Of a stretch of 64,000 nucleotides of DNA, positions 46,855 through 60,895 are shown one piece after another. The position numbers were made by a program, and so were the translations under genes. The stretch is from the human T2T-CHM13v2.0 reference genome, Homo sapiens. A model generated the notes under the pieces. That model worked only from the letters and a program-made list of their open reading frames with translations. It did no database searches and had not been told where the DNA came from. Numbering within the stretch: position 1 is the stretch's first letter; every line of letters starts with the position of its first letter. Location of the stretch: assembly GCF_009914755.1 (NCBI RefSeq), contig NC_060927.1; one strand, given 5' to 3'.

Positions 46855-47774
46855 TAAACATAGTTTTTTCCCCGTGAATTAGTTGAGAGTAAGTTGTAGA
46901 CATTATGTACCTGTACCCATAAATATATAGTCTTTGTTCCCTAAGAGCAAAGATATTTTTTACGATACAATGATCAAAATCAGGAAATTTAACATAGATA
47001 TGATATTCCTACCTAAACAACAGTTTGTCTTTAAATTTTGTCAAGTTTCCCAGTAATGTTGTTTATGGCTTTTTTTTTTTTTTTTTTTTTTTTGGCCCGG
47101 GATCCAATTCAGGATATTGCATTACATTCAGTTGTCACATTTCTTTATTCTTTAATCTGATCATCAAATCTTTCTTTTATCTTTCTTGGTATCAACAGTG
47201 TTTAAGAGTATAGGCCAGTCACTTTGGGAGGCCAAGGCAGGTGGATTGCTTGAGGTTGAGTTCGAGACCAGCTTGAGCAACATGGTAAAATCCTGTCTCT
47301 ACAAAAAAATACAAAAACTAGCTGGCAACAGTGGTATGCACCTGCAGTCCTAGCTGCTTGGGAAACTGAGGCAGGAGAATCGCTTGAGCCTGGGAGGCAG
47401 ACGTTGCAGTGAACCAAGATCACACCATTGCAATCCAGTTTTGGCAATGGGAATGAAATTGTCTCAAAAAAAAAAAAAAAGTATGGGGCAGTTATTTTGT
47501 AGAATGTCCCCCAGTTTGGGTTTCTCCAGTGCTTCCTTGAAGTTAGATTCAGGTTATTCATTTTTGACAGGAATACAAAGTGGTGTTTGCTCTTTCTGTG
47601 CATCATATCTAGAGACCTATGCTATCTATAGGTTTAATTACTGGTGATTTCTTTAAATAAATGAGAATTAATTTAATCACTTTGAACTATTACATCAGTT
47701 TCAGAGGCAAACCAACTTCTGAGCTTTTTCATTATATTCACTTATTCCTTCAGTCATCATCTCATTTATATAAG

Positions 47775-48085
47775 TTTTTCTTCTTTTTTTAACTTTTATT
47801 TTAGGTTGGAGGGTATATATGAAGGTTTGTTACATAGGTAAACTCATGTCACAGGGGTTTGTTGCACAGATTATTTCTTCACCCAGGTAGTAAACCCAGT
47901 ACCCCTCAGTGTTTGTTGTTCCCCTCTTTCTGTTCATGAGTCCTCATCATTTAGCTCTCACTTATAATTGAGAACATGCGGTATAAGGTTTTCTGTTGCT
48001 GCATTAATTTGCTAAGGATAATAGGCTCCAGCTCCATCCATGTTCATTTAAAAGCCATGATCTTGTTCTTTTATATGACCGCATA
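47775..48085 (-). mobile_element. 5'-truncated L1PA15/16-like 3' end
   Basis: polyT + aacttttattttaggtt...catttagctctcacttata. Confidence 0.85.
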
Positions 48086-51000
48086 ACATTTTTAAAATGA
48101 CAAAATTTTAGAAAGGAGGGCAGACTAGTGTTTGCCATGGAATAGAAATAAAGATAGGGAGTGGTAGGAAGAAGGTAGGTATGATTTAGGGCAACCTGAA
48201 GGATCCTTGTGATATACCGTTTCCCCCCAACCTCTAAAAAATAAATAACAGATTAATTGAGATATAATTCACATACCATAAAATTCACCAATTTAAAGTG
48301 TATAATTCAATTTTTTTTGTATATTCACAGATATTTGCAACCATTCTTCCAATCAATTTTAGAAAATTTCCACCACCTCAAAAAGAAATCCTGTAAGTAT
48401 TAGCAGTAATTCCCTATTTCTCCCTCTACAGCACTAGTCTACTTTCTCTCTCTAGATTTGCCTACTTGATACATTTCATATAAATGTAATCATGGAATAT
48501 TTGGGCTTTTGTGACTGGCTTCTTTCACTTAGCATAATGATTTTAAGGTTTATCTATAATGTATCACATAACCATATTTCATTCCCTTGTATTGTCCAAT
48601 GAAATATGCCATTGTATTTTTCTGCCACTTTGTATTTATCCATTTATATGCTAATGGATATTTAGCTTGTTTTTTTCTTTTTAACTATTATGAATAATGC
48701 ATCTATGAACAATTGTGTACAGGTTTTTGTATGGACATATATTCTCATTTCTCTTGGATATATATTAAGAATGGAGTTGCTGGGTCACATAGTAACTCTA
48801 TGTTTAATCATCTGAGGAATTGCCAGATTGCTTTCCCAAGCAGCTGCACCATTTTACTTTCCCACCAGCAGTATATGAGGGTTCCAATTTCTCTGTTTAC
48901 GCACCAACACTTGTCATTATCTTTCTTCTTGATTCTAGCCATCCTAGTGGGTATGAATGGTATCTCACTGTGGATTTCATTTGCATTTCTCTGATGGTTA
49001 ATGATATCAAGCATCTTTTCATGTACTTATGAGTCATTTGTATATCTTATCTGGAGGAATGTCTATGAGACAGTTTGCTCATTTTTAAAAATTGGGTTGT
49101 CTTTATTATTGAGTTGTAAGCGTTCTTTACATATTTTAAATAAAAATCCTTTACCAGATAAATGATTTACAAAAATTTTTTCCCATTCTGTGGGTTGTCC
49201 TTTCACTTCCTTTCTTTCTTTTTTTTTTTTCTGGGGTGGAGTTTCACTCTTGTCGCCCAGGCTGAAGTGCAGTGGCACAATCCTGGCTCACTGCAACTTC
49301 TGCCCCCACTTTGGATTCAAGCGATTCTCCTGCCTCAGCATCCCAAGTAGCTGGGATTACAGGCATGCACCACCATGCCTGGCTAATTTTTGTATTTTCC
49401 GTAGAGACGGAGTTTTGCCATGTTGGCCAGGCTGGTCTCGAACTCCTGACCTCAGGTGATCTCTCCGCCTCAGCCTTCCAAAGCGCTGGGATTACAGGCG
49501 TGAGCCACCGTGCCCAACCTTTTTTGTTTTGTTTTGTTTTAGAGTCAGAGTCTCCCTCTGTTGCTTAAAGTCCTGGCTTCAAGGTATCCTCCCACCTCAG
49601 CCTCCTAAGTAGCTGGAATTATAGGCTCAAACCACATGCCTGGTTCTTTCACTTTCTTAATGGAGTACTTTGAAGCACAAAATTTTAAATTTCCATAACT
49701 TTATTGAAAATTTAATTCTCAATTACTACTGATTTATTTATTTGCTGTTCCTTGTGGTTTTAATGTCATCTCTCAGAAATCATTGACTAATACAAGGTTG
49801 CAAAGATTTATATCTATATTTTCTTTTAAGAGTTTTATAGTTTTACTTCTTACATTTAGGCCCTTGTGTTTTATCTCCACTGTGGTAGTGGATATATAAG
49901 CTTACACAGGCAATAATATAACTTAACACACACACACATACACAAAATACACAAAACAGATGAATGCTAGTCAAACTGAGGAAATCTGACTAAGATTTCA
50001 ATGTCAATATCCTGGATATGATATTATATGATAGTTTTGCAAAATGTTACCAACAGGGTAAATTGGGCAAAGTGTGAGAGGGATTTCTTTGTATTATTTT
50101 TTACAGCTATATGAGAATCTAAAATTAGCTCAATAAAAATTTTAATTAAGAATAATAGTCTGTGGAAATTGCTACTTTTCCTTTTCTTTATTCAAATTGT
50201 GGGTAGTAACCTTTTGAATTTTTTTTTTCATCTGAAGGGGAACACTGGAGTAATCATTGCTAGGCAAATTAAGAGCATTGTGTGGGTATAGATAATTCTT
50301 GTCTTTAAAAGTAAACAACAGGCATATAATAGTTATGGTGTTAATTCTAAATATACACCTAGCACTGTTTTAATGTATAGTACTGATTTTGATTTCTACC
50401 AATTGCTTTATCACAATGGCATATGTAAGTGCAAATTTGGTAGGGAGGAATAATTTTAGGTGGACCAATAACTTATACAAGTAATCGTATGTTGTAGTAT
50501 ATTATGCTTAATGTAAAATAAGAAGTAAATAAAGACACAAATGATCTAATTAATTCTTTAAATTTATGAGTTTTCTGGTATATAAACACTTATAGAAGGG
50601 TATACCATAATCCTCTATGTAGATAGCTTTTGCTGACATTATTAAAAATTAGGTAATAATTTACTTACCTATTAGCATATAATAAACATACATAGATTTA
50701 GCAAGAAAAATTGTGAAAAAGTTTAAAGTAGTTAAAAAATATTACTATGTGTCATCTCGAGTGTGGTCTTCCAGCTTATCTCAGCTTCTCATTGTTTTGG
50801 AGTTATTTTACAACTTTATATATTGTAGAAAATAGGGAATAATGCAAATGATTTTTTTGTCCATAGAAATGCAGATGATTGTGTCCAGTAGAATTCAATT
50901 AATTGTTGTCCTGAGGATAGATCTATTTTTCAGCTATTTACAAATTCATTTTAGTATTCCTGATTTTCCATATTCATGTGATTCTTCAAATTCTCCTTTG

Positions 51001-52852
51001 AACTGGTTATAACATCTTACTGATTTTCTCAATAATTGATGAGTTAAATCAAATTCTGACATCAATTCATTTTAATTTGTATGAGTCATGATTTTACCTC
51101 TAAAAAAATCCTTTAATAGGTGGCTACAATATTCAAACAGTACAAAATAGAATAAAATGAAAAGTGAAAATCTTCTTCCCAGCTGGTGTCATCTTCATGG
51201 GCCTTATAGTCCCGTGGTGAAGACAGATGTTTATCCGAGAATGTAAGATAAATGTAAAACTATAATTCTGATAAATGTGATGAAAAAGAGGAACACAGTA
51301 CTGCGAGAGCATACATAACAGGGTGACAACTTAGCCAGGGGGATCTGGGAAGTCTTCTCTGAAATAATAACAAGTGGCCTGAGATGTGACTATAGGTAGA
51401 GAGAACCATTATTTATTAATATAAAATGAGACCCAATTGCTTCCTCCATTAATGCTTGGTGGTAGATTGTAGGCATAAAAAAAAAAACAAAGTACCTGGG
51501 TTGATGCAGGCCTAGGAGAGAAGGATAGAGGGTAATTTTAGGGTACTGGCAAGAATATTACTAAAATAATCGTTCATGGAATTTAAGATAGGTAAGTAAG
51601 CAAGTAAAAAAAAAACAAAGCTGATGGGTGGTTAAGACTAATGGCTTGAAAGAAAATAGAAGTATTCATAAACTTGAAGTTCTGATAAAGTTAACAATAC
51701 AAATTAGAAGGAAAGACTCTTATTAGAGGAGCCTGGGTTGTTTGAAGAGCAGTTACAGAAAATGAAAAGTTCAAGGTGTCCCATCGGAGTGGGTGGCGAG
51801 GGTAAAATCAAGGACATTGGAGATGAAGAAGACAAGGATCTAGGAGGTCATTTATTTGATTGCTTGCCTATATGGACACTGAGGTCCCCTGGCATTTATG
51901 GCAGGGATTGACGGTGAGTCACTTGACAAGTCACAGCTGAATGTGGGGAGTGACTTGAAAGAGTTATAAACAGGAAAAGGTAAGGGGAGGAGTAATGGCC
52001 TGGAGGAAGTCCAAAGGTGCAAGGAATGAATCTACCACCACCTGAGAGGGCTACAGGGCCTGGAGTGCCATTGGGAAAAATCTCAATTTAAGTTGATTCA
52101 AGCTGTCCTTTTATTTTCCTTTAAACTGCTTGTGTATGTCTCTGCTGATTTAAAAGTGGACTGTTTGTCTTTTTCTTATTTACTTTTTTACTAGCTCTTA
52201 GTAAATTAAAGAAATTAGCTATTTGTCTGACATCCATGTACATTACAAATAATTTTTCCCATTAGTTGTGTTGGACTTTGTTTATGGTATTTTTGCCATG
52301 TAGCAGTTTTAAATATTTATGTACTGGTTGTATCAATCTTTCATTTTTGTGCTTCTGGATTTGTGTTTCTGGGTTTCTGCTCATAAAGACCTTTCCCCTC
52401 TAATATTATAAATAATTCCACTTGTGATTTGTTCTAGAAATTTGATGGATTCACTTTAATAGTCAAATCTTTGCTCTACCTGGAATTCAATTTGGTATAA
52501 GAGTGAGGAAGGGATTTAGCTTACTTTTTCTTTTCCAGATGTGTGTTCATTTGTTCCAACACCATTTCTTTACTGGTATGAAATCTCACATTTGTCATAA
52601 TAAAATTCCAGTATGTATTTGCATCTATATTAGAAGATAAAAAGGTTCATATGAGACTGCATGATATACTCAAGAGGCATGTCTCAGAGTTAAACAGACT
52701 TTAAATCCTGGCCTTTCCTGTTGACCTTGGCCAAGGAGCTGAACTTTTCTGGGCTCTAGTTTCTTCATCTTCAAAATGGGAATAATAATAGCCTTTGAGG
52801 ATTAGTGACAATACATGACATATATGAGCCACTGGGCTAGAGGAGAGTTAAC

Positions 52853-53594
52853 TTCCATTAAAACAAGCCTCTAGAAACCAGGAGTCTTCCTAGTTGGTGA
52901 TGGGGATCCTGATACCCACCTAAGTCTGGCAGGCCTCCTTCCTGAGGCTGGACATCTCCTTCCTGTAACCCAGCAGAAAAGTGATGGTCTGACTTCATCT
53001 TCATCTTCATCTTCAAGGACCTTTGCAATCTAGTTCCTTACCTGACTGAAGTTGAATTTTCTTTCTCAACCTTTCTGTAGAATCCTTTCCATCAATATTT
53101 CTCTATTCTTTTCTTCCCATTACTTGTCTTCTTCAAATCCTTTATTTTGATGTTGGACTATATTGTCACATTTATATATTGGAGTCTGTAGGAACATTGA
53201 AAAGCTAGACCTGGACTAGTGCCTAGGAAGGGGGCAACTAAGCTGCTATGACAGCTGGTGCAGGCTAGGAGAGCCAGGCAGCTCCAGGCACAATGTCTTA
53301 AGATTACAATAACCATAGAATCAGCTCAGGTGGTTGTCAGAATAAGGAGGTCAGGCCTGGTGATTAGGACATAGCAGCAAGCGCTTCCAGGTAGCAGTTC
53401 ATTAACAACCAGGCAGGGAAAATTATTAAAGGAAGGAAATTTGCACATACTCAGTTAGACCATCACTTTTCTGCTGGGTTACAGGAAGGAGATGTCCAGC
53501 CTCAGGAAGGAGACCTGCCAGACTTAGGTGGGTATCAGGATCCCCATCACCAACTAGGAAGACTCCTGGTTTCTAGAGGCTTATTTTAATGGAA
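52853..53594. repeat. inverted repeat: 142-bp arms (52853-52994, 53453-53594), 458-bp spacer
   Basis: manual reverse-complement alignment: 139/142 identical, no gaps. Confidence 0.95.
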
Positions 53595-55252
53595 CAGACT
53601 TGGCATCAGAAAATCTGGATTTTAATCCTAGCTTCATCTAGCTTCATCTAGCTATGTGGCCTCAGTTTCTCATCTATAAAATGGTGATAATAATTTCCAA
53701 TAATCATTAATTAATTAAATTAATTACATATGAAAAGAACCTTGTATAATAATGAAGAATATTGATTATAATACTTTAATTATTAATATAGTTAATAAAT
53801 AAAAAAAGAGTAGAGGATCCTAACAAAGGGACTTTACCATAAGTCAGGGCTTGGGCACAATAACCTGAATTATGGTCAATAATAGTGTAAGGTACTATAT
53901 TATCTTAAGTCATTGGTGGAATGAACTGGTGATGTAAATCTATATGTCAATCAACCAATACCATGAAATGGCATTATTATTTCTAATGTAAATGGGACCT
54001 ATGGGGTCCTGGATAAAATTCTACTGCCGTATTCAGAATGTTAGGCCACTTTTAAATGATATTTTTAGTTTCAAGGATAATGTGTAGAAATTGAAGAGGG
54101 CTCAGGCCATAAATTATTAAATGCATTTGGTCATTTGTTTAGCAAATGTTTATTGAATGCCTACCCAATGAAATCACTTCCCTAAGTGGGCCTTGAGGAG
54201 ATGGTAATGAATGGGATAGGGGCTGTCTCTGTCTTTTGGAGACAAGCAACTCACATGTCAATTAGTTAATTATAACTGTAATGCATGCTAGATGAAGTAC
54301 AGGATGCTAAGAATGCGTCTAATAAGGGGAACCGGTACAAATCTAGGGGTGGTTGTCAGGATGTTTAAACTGAGATCTGGAAGATGGGGAGAAGTCGTTT
54401 GGATAAAGTAGAAGGGAAAGCACATTCCAGGAAGGAGGACAATGGGCTGAGGCCCTGAGGTTGAAGGAGCATGGATTTCCCAGAATTAAAAGATGTTTCG
54501 TGTGGCTAGAGTGCAGAGAGGGATCAGTGTTGGAGAATGTGACTGGTGGAAAATCAGGAAGGCAGGACCTTCTGGGTGAGATTAAGGAGTTTAGATTTGC
54601 CTTTTGAGAAATCGGGGAAACTTATGCACATTAGTGAAATGAACTGAGAGATCACTCTGGCAACAGTGTGGAAGTGGGTGGGCAGCTGTTCCAGGAGGGA
54701 TAGGGGAGACCACTTAGGAAGTACTGTAGTGCCCCAGATAATAAGTGATAGGGGCTTACACTAAGGTGGTGGCAGCAAATGGAGAGATGCAGACCAATTT
54801 GAGAGACATAAAATAGCTCCCTTGGGAAAAGAGGCTACTTTTTTCCAGAGAAGAGAAGGCAAAGGTTTTATATGTTTTAAAGTGTTACCATGAAGAGGGT
54901 ATTTGGCTGGTTGTCATCTATCTCCACAGAGAAAGAAATAAGAAATTACCTTATCATTTAATGAGGCAGAATTTGAGATCTTTATTATCATAACAGACTT
55001 GCCAATAGAAACTGTATAATTTTTATATGAGGTACTTTTAAGATGCAGAAATCAACCCTGGAGGCAAGGAGATGAATGCGATGATCCCTTGAATTATTTC
55101 CTACTTCAAATTATATTATTGCTCAGTAAATTTGCCTGGAGCATCATAATGTCTTAGGAATAATGGAATATATTCTATGTAAAACTCATCTCAATCTTGA
55201 GCACTGAGTATTTCCAGAAGTTTTGCTGAAGTATTTTCACATTTTATAAGTG

Positions 55253-55813
55253 TGAGAAAGAGAAAAGCAGACCCTGACAGCTGGAAAGTGTCCTGGCACA
55301 CACAGCTGGACCATGGTGTTGCTGAACATAAACACCAACACTGGACAAGGCCACTCTGTGACCATGGTGGACCAAGACCAAAACAAAACCACTCTATAGT
55401 CAGGGTTGAACACAGACAAAAACATGAGCATTATCCAAACCACAAAAATGGCCAAACATCTCCATATCCTGGCTGATATAACTGACTGCCACTTTAAAAA
55501 AAAAAAAAAACAATGACAGCTTTAGCTTCACCCCAATCATCTCATCATCTAAAACAGACAAGAATTAAGGACCCAATCACAGAATTACTCCACTTCCTGA
55601 TAATGTCCAATCCAGAGCACAGCCCTGCTTTCTGGAACTCTTCCCCAACTCACCTAATCAAACTCTAATCCTAATAATAAGCTCTTTCTAATACCTCTTA
55701 CTGAGATTGCCCCATAGTTCCCTGCATGGTTCTCCATTGCTAGAAGTCAAGGATCCCAAATTTGTTCAACTGCAGATGTGTTCCTGGCAGTCTTTGGCTG
55801 GAGGTCATTGGCA
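55253..55813 (+). mobile_element. solo LTR (LTR47-like)
   Basis: TG...CA ends, AGTG repeated on both flanks, gacaaggccactctgtgaccatg motif. Confidence 0.72.
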
Positions 55814-56167
55814 AGTGTAAGGAACAGACTGTAGGTTTTGTTCTTTTTCTCCCCCTTTTGTTATTGGAATAAACATTTTGAATTTTCTATGTTCTGCTGT
55901 ATCATATAGCTGATTATCTTTTAATTGCCTCTATGATTCCTTGATATGTGTAAGGTCACAACATTCTGGCTTTTTAAAAACCTTGTAACCCACTTCTTTG
56001 CCTTTCTATATCATCAAGTTCTTATATCATGGGAAACATAATCATTGACAAAAAATCTTTGACTTTTTTGTTACCACTTTCAAATAGAAAAACGATTAAG
56101 GAAATGATATAAAAAGTATAACAATTTTAACAACTCAGCCAAATCATACTGCTTGTTTTTGTAATTA

Positions 56168-56478
56168 TAGCGTCTTCCCTTATCCTCAAGGGATATCTTC
56201 TAAGCCTACTAGTGGATGCCTGAAAACTCAGTTAATACTGAATGCTACATGTACTATGTTTTTTCCTATGCGCACATTTAATTTATAGTTTAGACATAGT
56301 AAGAGATTGATAAAGGTAACTAATAATAAAATAGAACAATTATAACAATATACTGTATTAAAAGTTATGTGAATGTGATCTCTCTCTCGCTCTCTTTCTC
56401 AAAATATTTTACTGTACTGTACTCACCCTGCTGTTTGGCCACTGATACCTGAAACCATGGATAAGTGAGAGACTACTG
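56168..56478. mobile_element. Tigger2a/MER8-like MITE
   Basis: cccttatcc ... ggataagtgagagactactg termini; agtggatgcctgaaa. Confidence 0.75.
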
Positions 56479-57428
56479 TGTAAGGTTATTCTATTTGAAG
56501 CAAAAGTGGCTTTGTGTATGTGTGTTCAAGAGTCTTAGTTTGCCCTTGTTTGTGGGATATTTCAAAGATACTTCAGTCTTCTGTATCCGTGTATGAGTAT
56601 TCGTTGATGATGCTCATTATTCATTATTTGTGCATGGGCAAACTGCTGAATAGTGACTTCGTATACATAGCTTTCTCTTTTAGCTACCTCTCTATGTAGG
56701 ACACAGTACTCAGCAACGTCTTGTTTATAGTAGATTTGGGACAGACTTTGAGAGGAATTTGGCCATCTGTAGGTACCTACATTAAATGGCTCTCTGTGTT
56801 TGGGGAATGTTGCTGTTGAGAGAAATACTGCAATGTCAAGGACTTTATTTCAGAAATACACAAGTCCTCACTGCAATTTGTATCACATTCCGGTGAAATA
56901 TAAATGCTCAAATAAAAGCGTAATGTTTATCTGCATGTATTTTTTGGTCTGCTTGTGTAATTAAAGTGACCATGTACTCATTATTCACATGCTTTTCTTA
57001 AGTCAGTGAACACTCCCTTCATACCCCTGTGTTTTTCTTGATGGAATGCTTTCCCTTTTATGAATCAGAAGCAGTCAGAAAAGGTGAAAGAAGGAGGTAG
57101 CTGAAAGAAGGAGGCATCAGGGAATTATTATATGACACTGGTTGCTAAATAATAACTCTACTGCATCATTTTACCATGCTTTTGGGATCAGAATGAAGAT
57201 GAGGTAAAGGAGGCGGTCTAAGAAAGAACAATTCTTTTTGCAGCCCAAACTGTTAATCACATTCTACTACATAGTAATTAGTATCTTGAATACTCCTAGG
57301 ATGTTACTTCTATTTTGACAGAAAGAAAGGACACCAAGAATGTGGAAAATAATTAGATATGATCAAGATTTGGAACACCTAATAGAAAATCATTTCTATT
57401 TTATTTCTTGAGAGAATATGAACATTGC

Positions 57429-58188
57429 TTTTTTTTTTTTTTTCTGAGATGGAGTCTTGCTCTGCTGCCCAGGCTGGAGTGCAGTGGCGCGATCTCAGCT
57501 CATGGCAACCTCCGCTTCCTGGGTTCAAGCAATTCTCTGCCTCAGCCTCCCGAGTAGCTGGGATTACAGGTGCCCGCCACCATGCCCAGCTAATTTTTAA
57601 ATTTTTAGTAGAGACAGGGTTTAACCATGTTGGCCAGGCTAGTCTTGAACTCCTGGCCTCAGGCAATCTGCCCACCTTGGCCTCCCAAAGTGCTGGGATT
57701 ATAGGCGTCAGCCACCGTGCCTATAATTTTTTATAACATTGCTTTAATAAATTAAATAATTTAAATCTTTTGAACAGCCATGAATAGCAATTAAATGTAT
57801 TTGTTAAATTATTTATAATTCATTAATTCTCAAATATTAAATGTTAGCCTACAAAAAGTCACTTTTAAATTATTAAATCTAACGTTTTAAGAGTGGAGTT
57901 GGTTTTACAATTTGGAAACTTTTTTTAATTAATAAAAAGATCACTAAAGGTTTTCTTCTGGAATAGTTTCATAAGGAAGAAGAATTACACAATCACTCTG
58001 TCACCCAAGCTGGAGTGCAGTAGTGGGATCATAGCTCAGTGTAGCCTTGAGCTCCTGGGCTCAAACGGTCCTCCTGTCTCAGCCTCATGAGTAGCTGGGG
58101 CTACAGCTTCATGCCACCACACCAGACTAATTTTACTTTTTATTTTTTTGTAAAAATGGTGTCTTGCTATGTTGCCCAAGCTTGTCTC
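57429..58188 (-). mobile_element. AluS (57429-57721) and partial AluJ (57990-58188)
   Basis: antisense Alu consensus. Confidence 0.88.
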
Positions 58189-58376
58189 ATCTTTTTAAAG
58201 GATGTTTCTGTTTTGTTTGATTTATGTTACATTGTTTACCTTTTTTGTTTTAAAACAATTTGAAATTTACAGAAAAGTGCCAAAAGTAGTACAAAGGGCC
58301 AAAGAGCTGTTTATATCCTTCAGCCAGATTTCCCAGTTGTTAGCATTGTCCATATTTGCATCCTCTTTCTCTCTTC

Positions 58377-58380
<4 letters not shown>

Positions 58381-58412
<32 letters not shown>
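58381..58412. repeat. (AC)16 microsatellite inside an old L1MC remnant
   Basis: direct count. Confidence 0.95.
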
Positions 58413-58417
<5 letters not shown>

Positions 58418-60512
58418 TCACATCACTGTAGGTTTTTCCCCCTGTGCCACTTGAAAATAAGTTGCAGACAAAATCTCTTAATATTTGGCACATATTTACA
58501 GTTCCAAAATCAAAATTATGAAATCAACATTTATCTAACACTACCATCTAATCCACAGATCCCATTCAAACATTGCTTATTTTCTCCAAAATTTTCTTTG
58601 GAGTTTCAGAATCCAATCAAGGGTCATACATTTGTTACTCCAACTTGGAACAGTTCCTAAATCTCCCTTTCTTTCATGACGATGACATTTCTAAAGGGTA
58701 ATGCCACTTACATTGCAGAATCTCTCATGACTTAAAATTTTGACTTTTGTATATGTTACATAATACAGATGATTTGTCCAAAGAATAGCACGTGTGTAAC
58801 TTGTAAACAAATAAATGGAGGTACATATTCAATTTTTTTTTAACCACTGGTGATACATGTAGATAAAGGGTTGGAGATCACTTGCTAGGTGATCAACAAG
58901 AGTAACCAGCCACTGTCTAGAAACTGGATAATAGAAAGAAGAGAATGGGCAGTTCATCTTGAGAATTGTTTTGGGAGACCAGGAGCCTTGAGCTGCTGAA
59001 TCTTGGTTCTGGATAAGTACATTATTTTAAGCCTTGAATCATTATGTGTTCGGATGCTTCATTCTAATATAAAAACTTGGTGTAGCATTTTGTGATATAG
59101 AAATTTGAAACCTATGTTTTAAATTATTTGAATAGTACTTGATTCTAATGGCTGTCATAGTTGAAAAAGTTCTTCTAAAGACATGTACGCCCAAATGGAA
59201 AAAGTGTACCTTTGAGTATGCATTCCAAATTGTAATACTTATTATTTTTTAAAAAAATTTATTTTATTATTTTTTAAACTTTTATTTTAGATTCGGGGGT
59301 GCATGTGAAGATTTGTTACATAGGTAATCTTGTGTCACAGGTTATTTCATCACCCAGGTATTAAACACAGTGTTCAGTAGTTATCTTTTCTGCTCTTCTC
59401 CCTCCTCCCTGCCCTCAAGTAGACTCCAGTGTCTGTTGTTGTTCCCTTCTTTGTATTCACGAGTTCTCATCATTTAGCTCCCACTTATAAGTGAGAACAT
59501 GTGGTATTTGGTTTTCTGTTCCTGCGCTAGTTGGCTAAGGATAATCATCTCCAGCTCTATCCACATTCCCGCAACATACATGATCTCATTTCTTTTTATG
59601 GCTGCATATTATTCCATGGTGTACATGTACCACATTTTCTTTATCCAGTTGGTCATTGATGGGCATTCAGATTGATTCCATGTCTTTGCTATTGTGAATA
59701 GTGCTGCAGTAAACATTCACATTCATGTGTCTTTATGGTAGAATGCTTTATATTCCTCTGGTTATATACCCGGTAATGGGATTGCTGTGTCGAATGGTAG
59801 TTCTGCTTTTAGCTTTTTGAAGAATTGCCACACTGCTCTCCACAATGGTTGAACTAGTTTACACTCCACCAACAGTGTATAAGTGCTCCCTTTCCTCCAC
59901 AATCTCACCAGCATCTGTTACTTTATGACTCTTTAATAATAGCCATTCTGACTGGTATGAGATAGTATCTCATTGTGGTTTTGATTTGCATTTCTCTGAT
60001 AATCAGTGATATTGAGCTTTTTTCATATGCTTGTTGGCTGCATGTGTCTTCTTTTGAAAAGTGTCTGTTCATGTCCTTTGCCCACTTTTTAATAGGGTTG
60101 TTTGTTTTTCTTTTGTAAATTTGTTTAAGTTCCTTATATAAGCTGGATATTAGACCTTTGTCAGATGCAGAGTTCACAAATATTTTCTCCCATTTGGTAG
60201 ATCTTTTTCCTCTGTTGATAGTTTCTTTTGCTGTGCAGAAGCTGTTAAGTGTAATTAGATCCACTTGTCAATTTTTGTTTTTGTTGCAACTGCTTTTGGT
60301 GACTTTGTCATGAAATCTTTGCCTGTATCTGCGTCCCAGATGGCATTGCTTAGGTTTTCTTCCAGGGTTTTTATGGTTTTGGGTTTCAAATTGGTTTTTA
60401 ATCCAGTCTTGAGTTGATTTTTGTATATGGTGTCCATATGCAAAAGTGTCCAGCCTCAGTCTTCTGCATATGGCAAACCAGTTATCCCAGCACTACTTAT
60501 TGAATAGGGAGT

Positions 60513-60895
60513 TGATGTGGTTTAGCTTTGTGTCCCCACCCAAATCTCATCTTGAATTGTAATTCCCACGTGTTGAGGGAGGGACCTGTAATTCCCACAT
60601 GTCGAGGGAGGGAAGTGATTGGATTATAGGGGCAGTGTTCCCTGTGCTGTTCTCATGATAGTGTGTGAATTCTCTCAAGCTCTGATGGTTTTATAAATGG
60701 TAGTTTTTCCTGCACTCTCACACTCCTCTCTCATCTGCTGCCATGTAAAACGTGCTTCTTTCGCCTTCTGCCATTATTGTAAGTTTCCCGAGGCCTCCCC
60801 AGCCATGTGGAAGTGTGAGTCAGTTAAACCTCTCTTGTTTGTAATTACCCAATCTCAGGCAGTCCTTTGTAGCAGTGTGAGAACGGACTAATACA
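60513..60895 (+). mobile_element. THE1-type (THE1D-like) solo LTR nested in L1
   Basis: tgatgtggtttagc...ggactaataca; exact 5-bp TSD GGAGT (60508, 60896). Confidence 0.9.
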
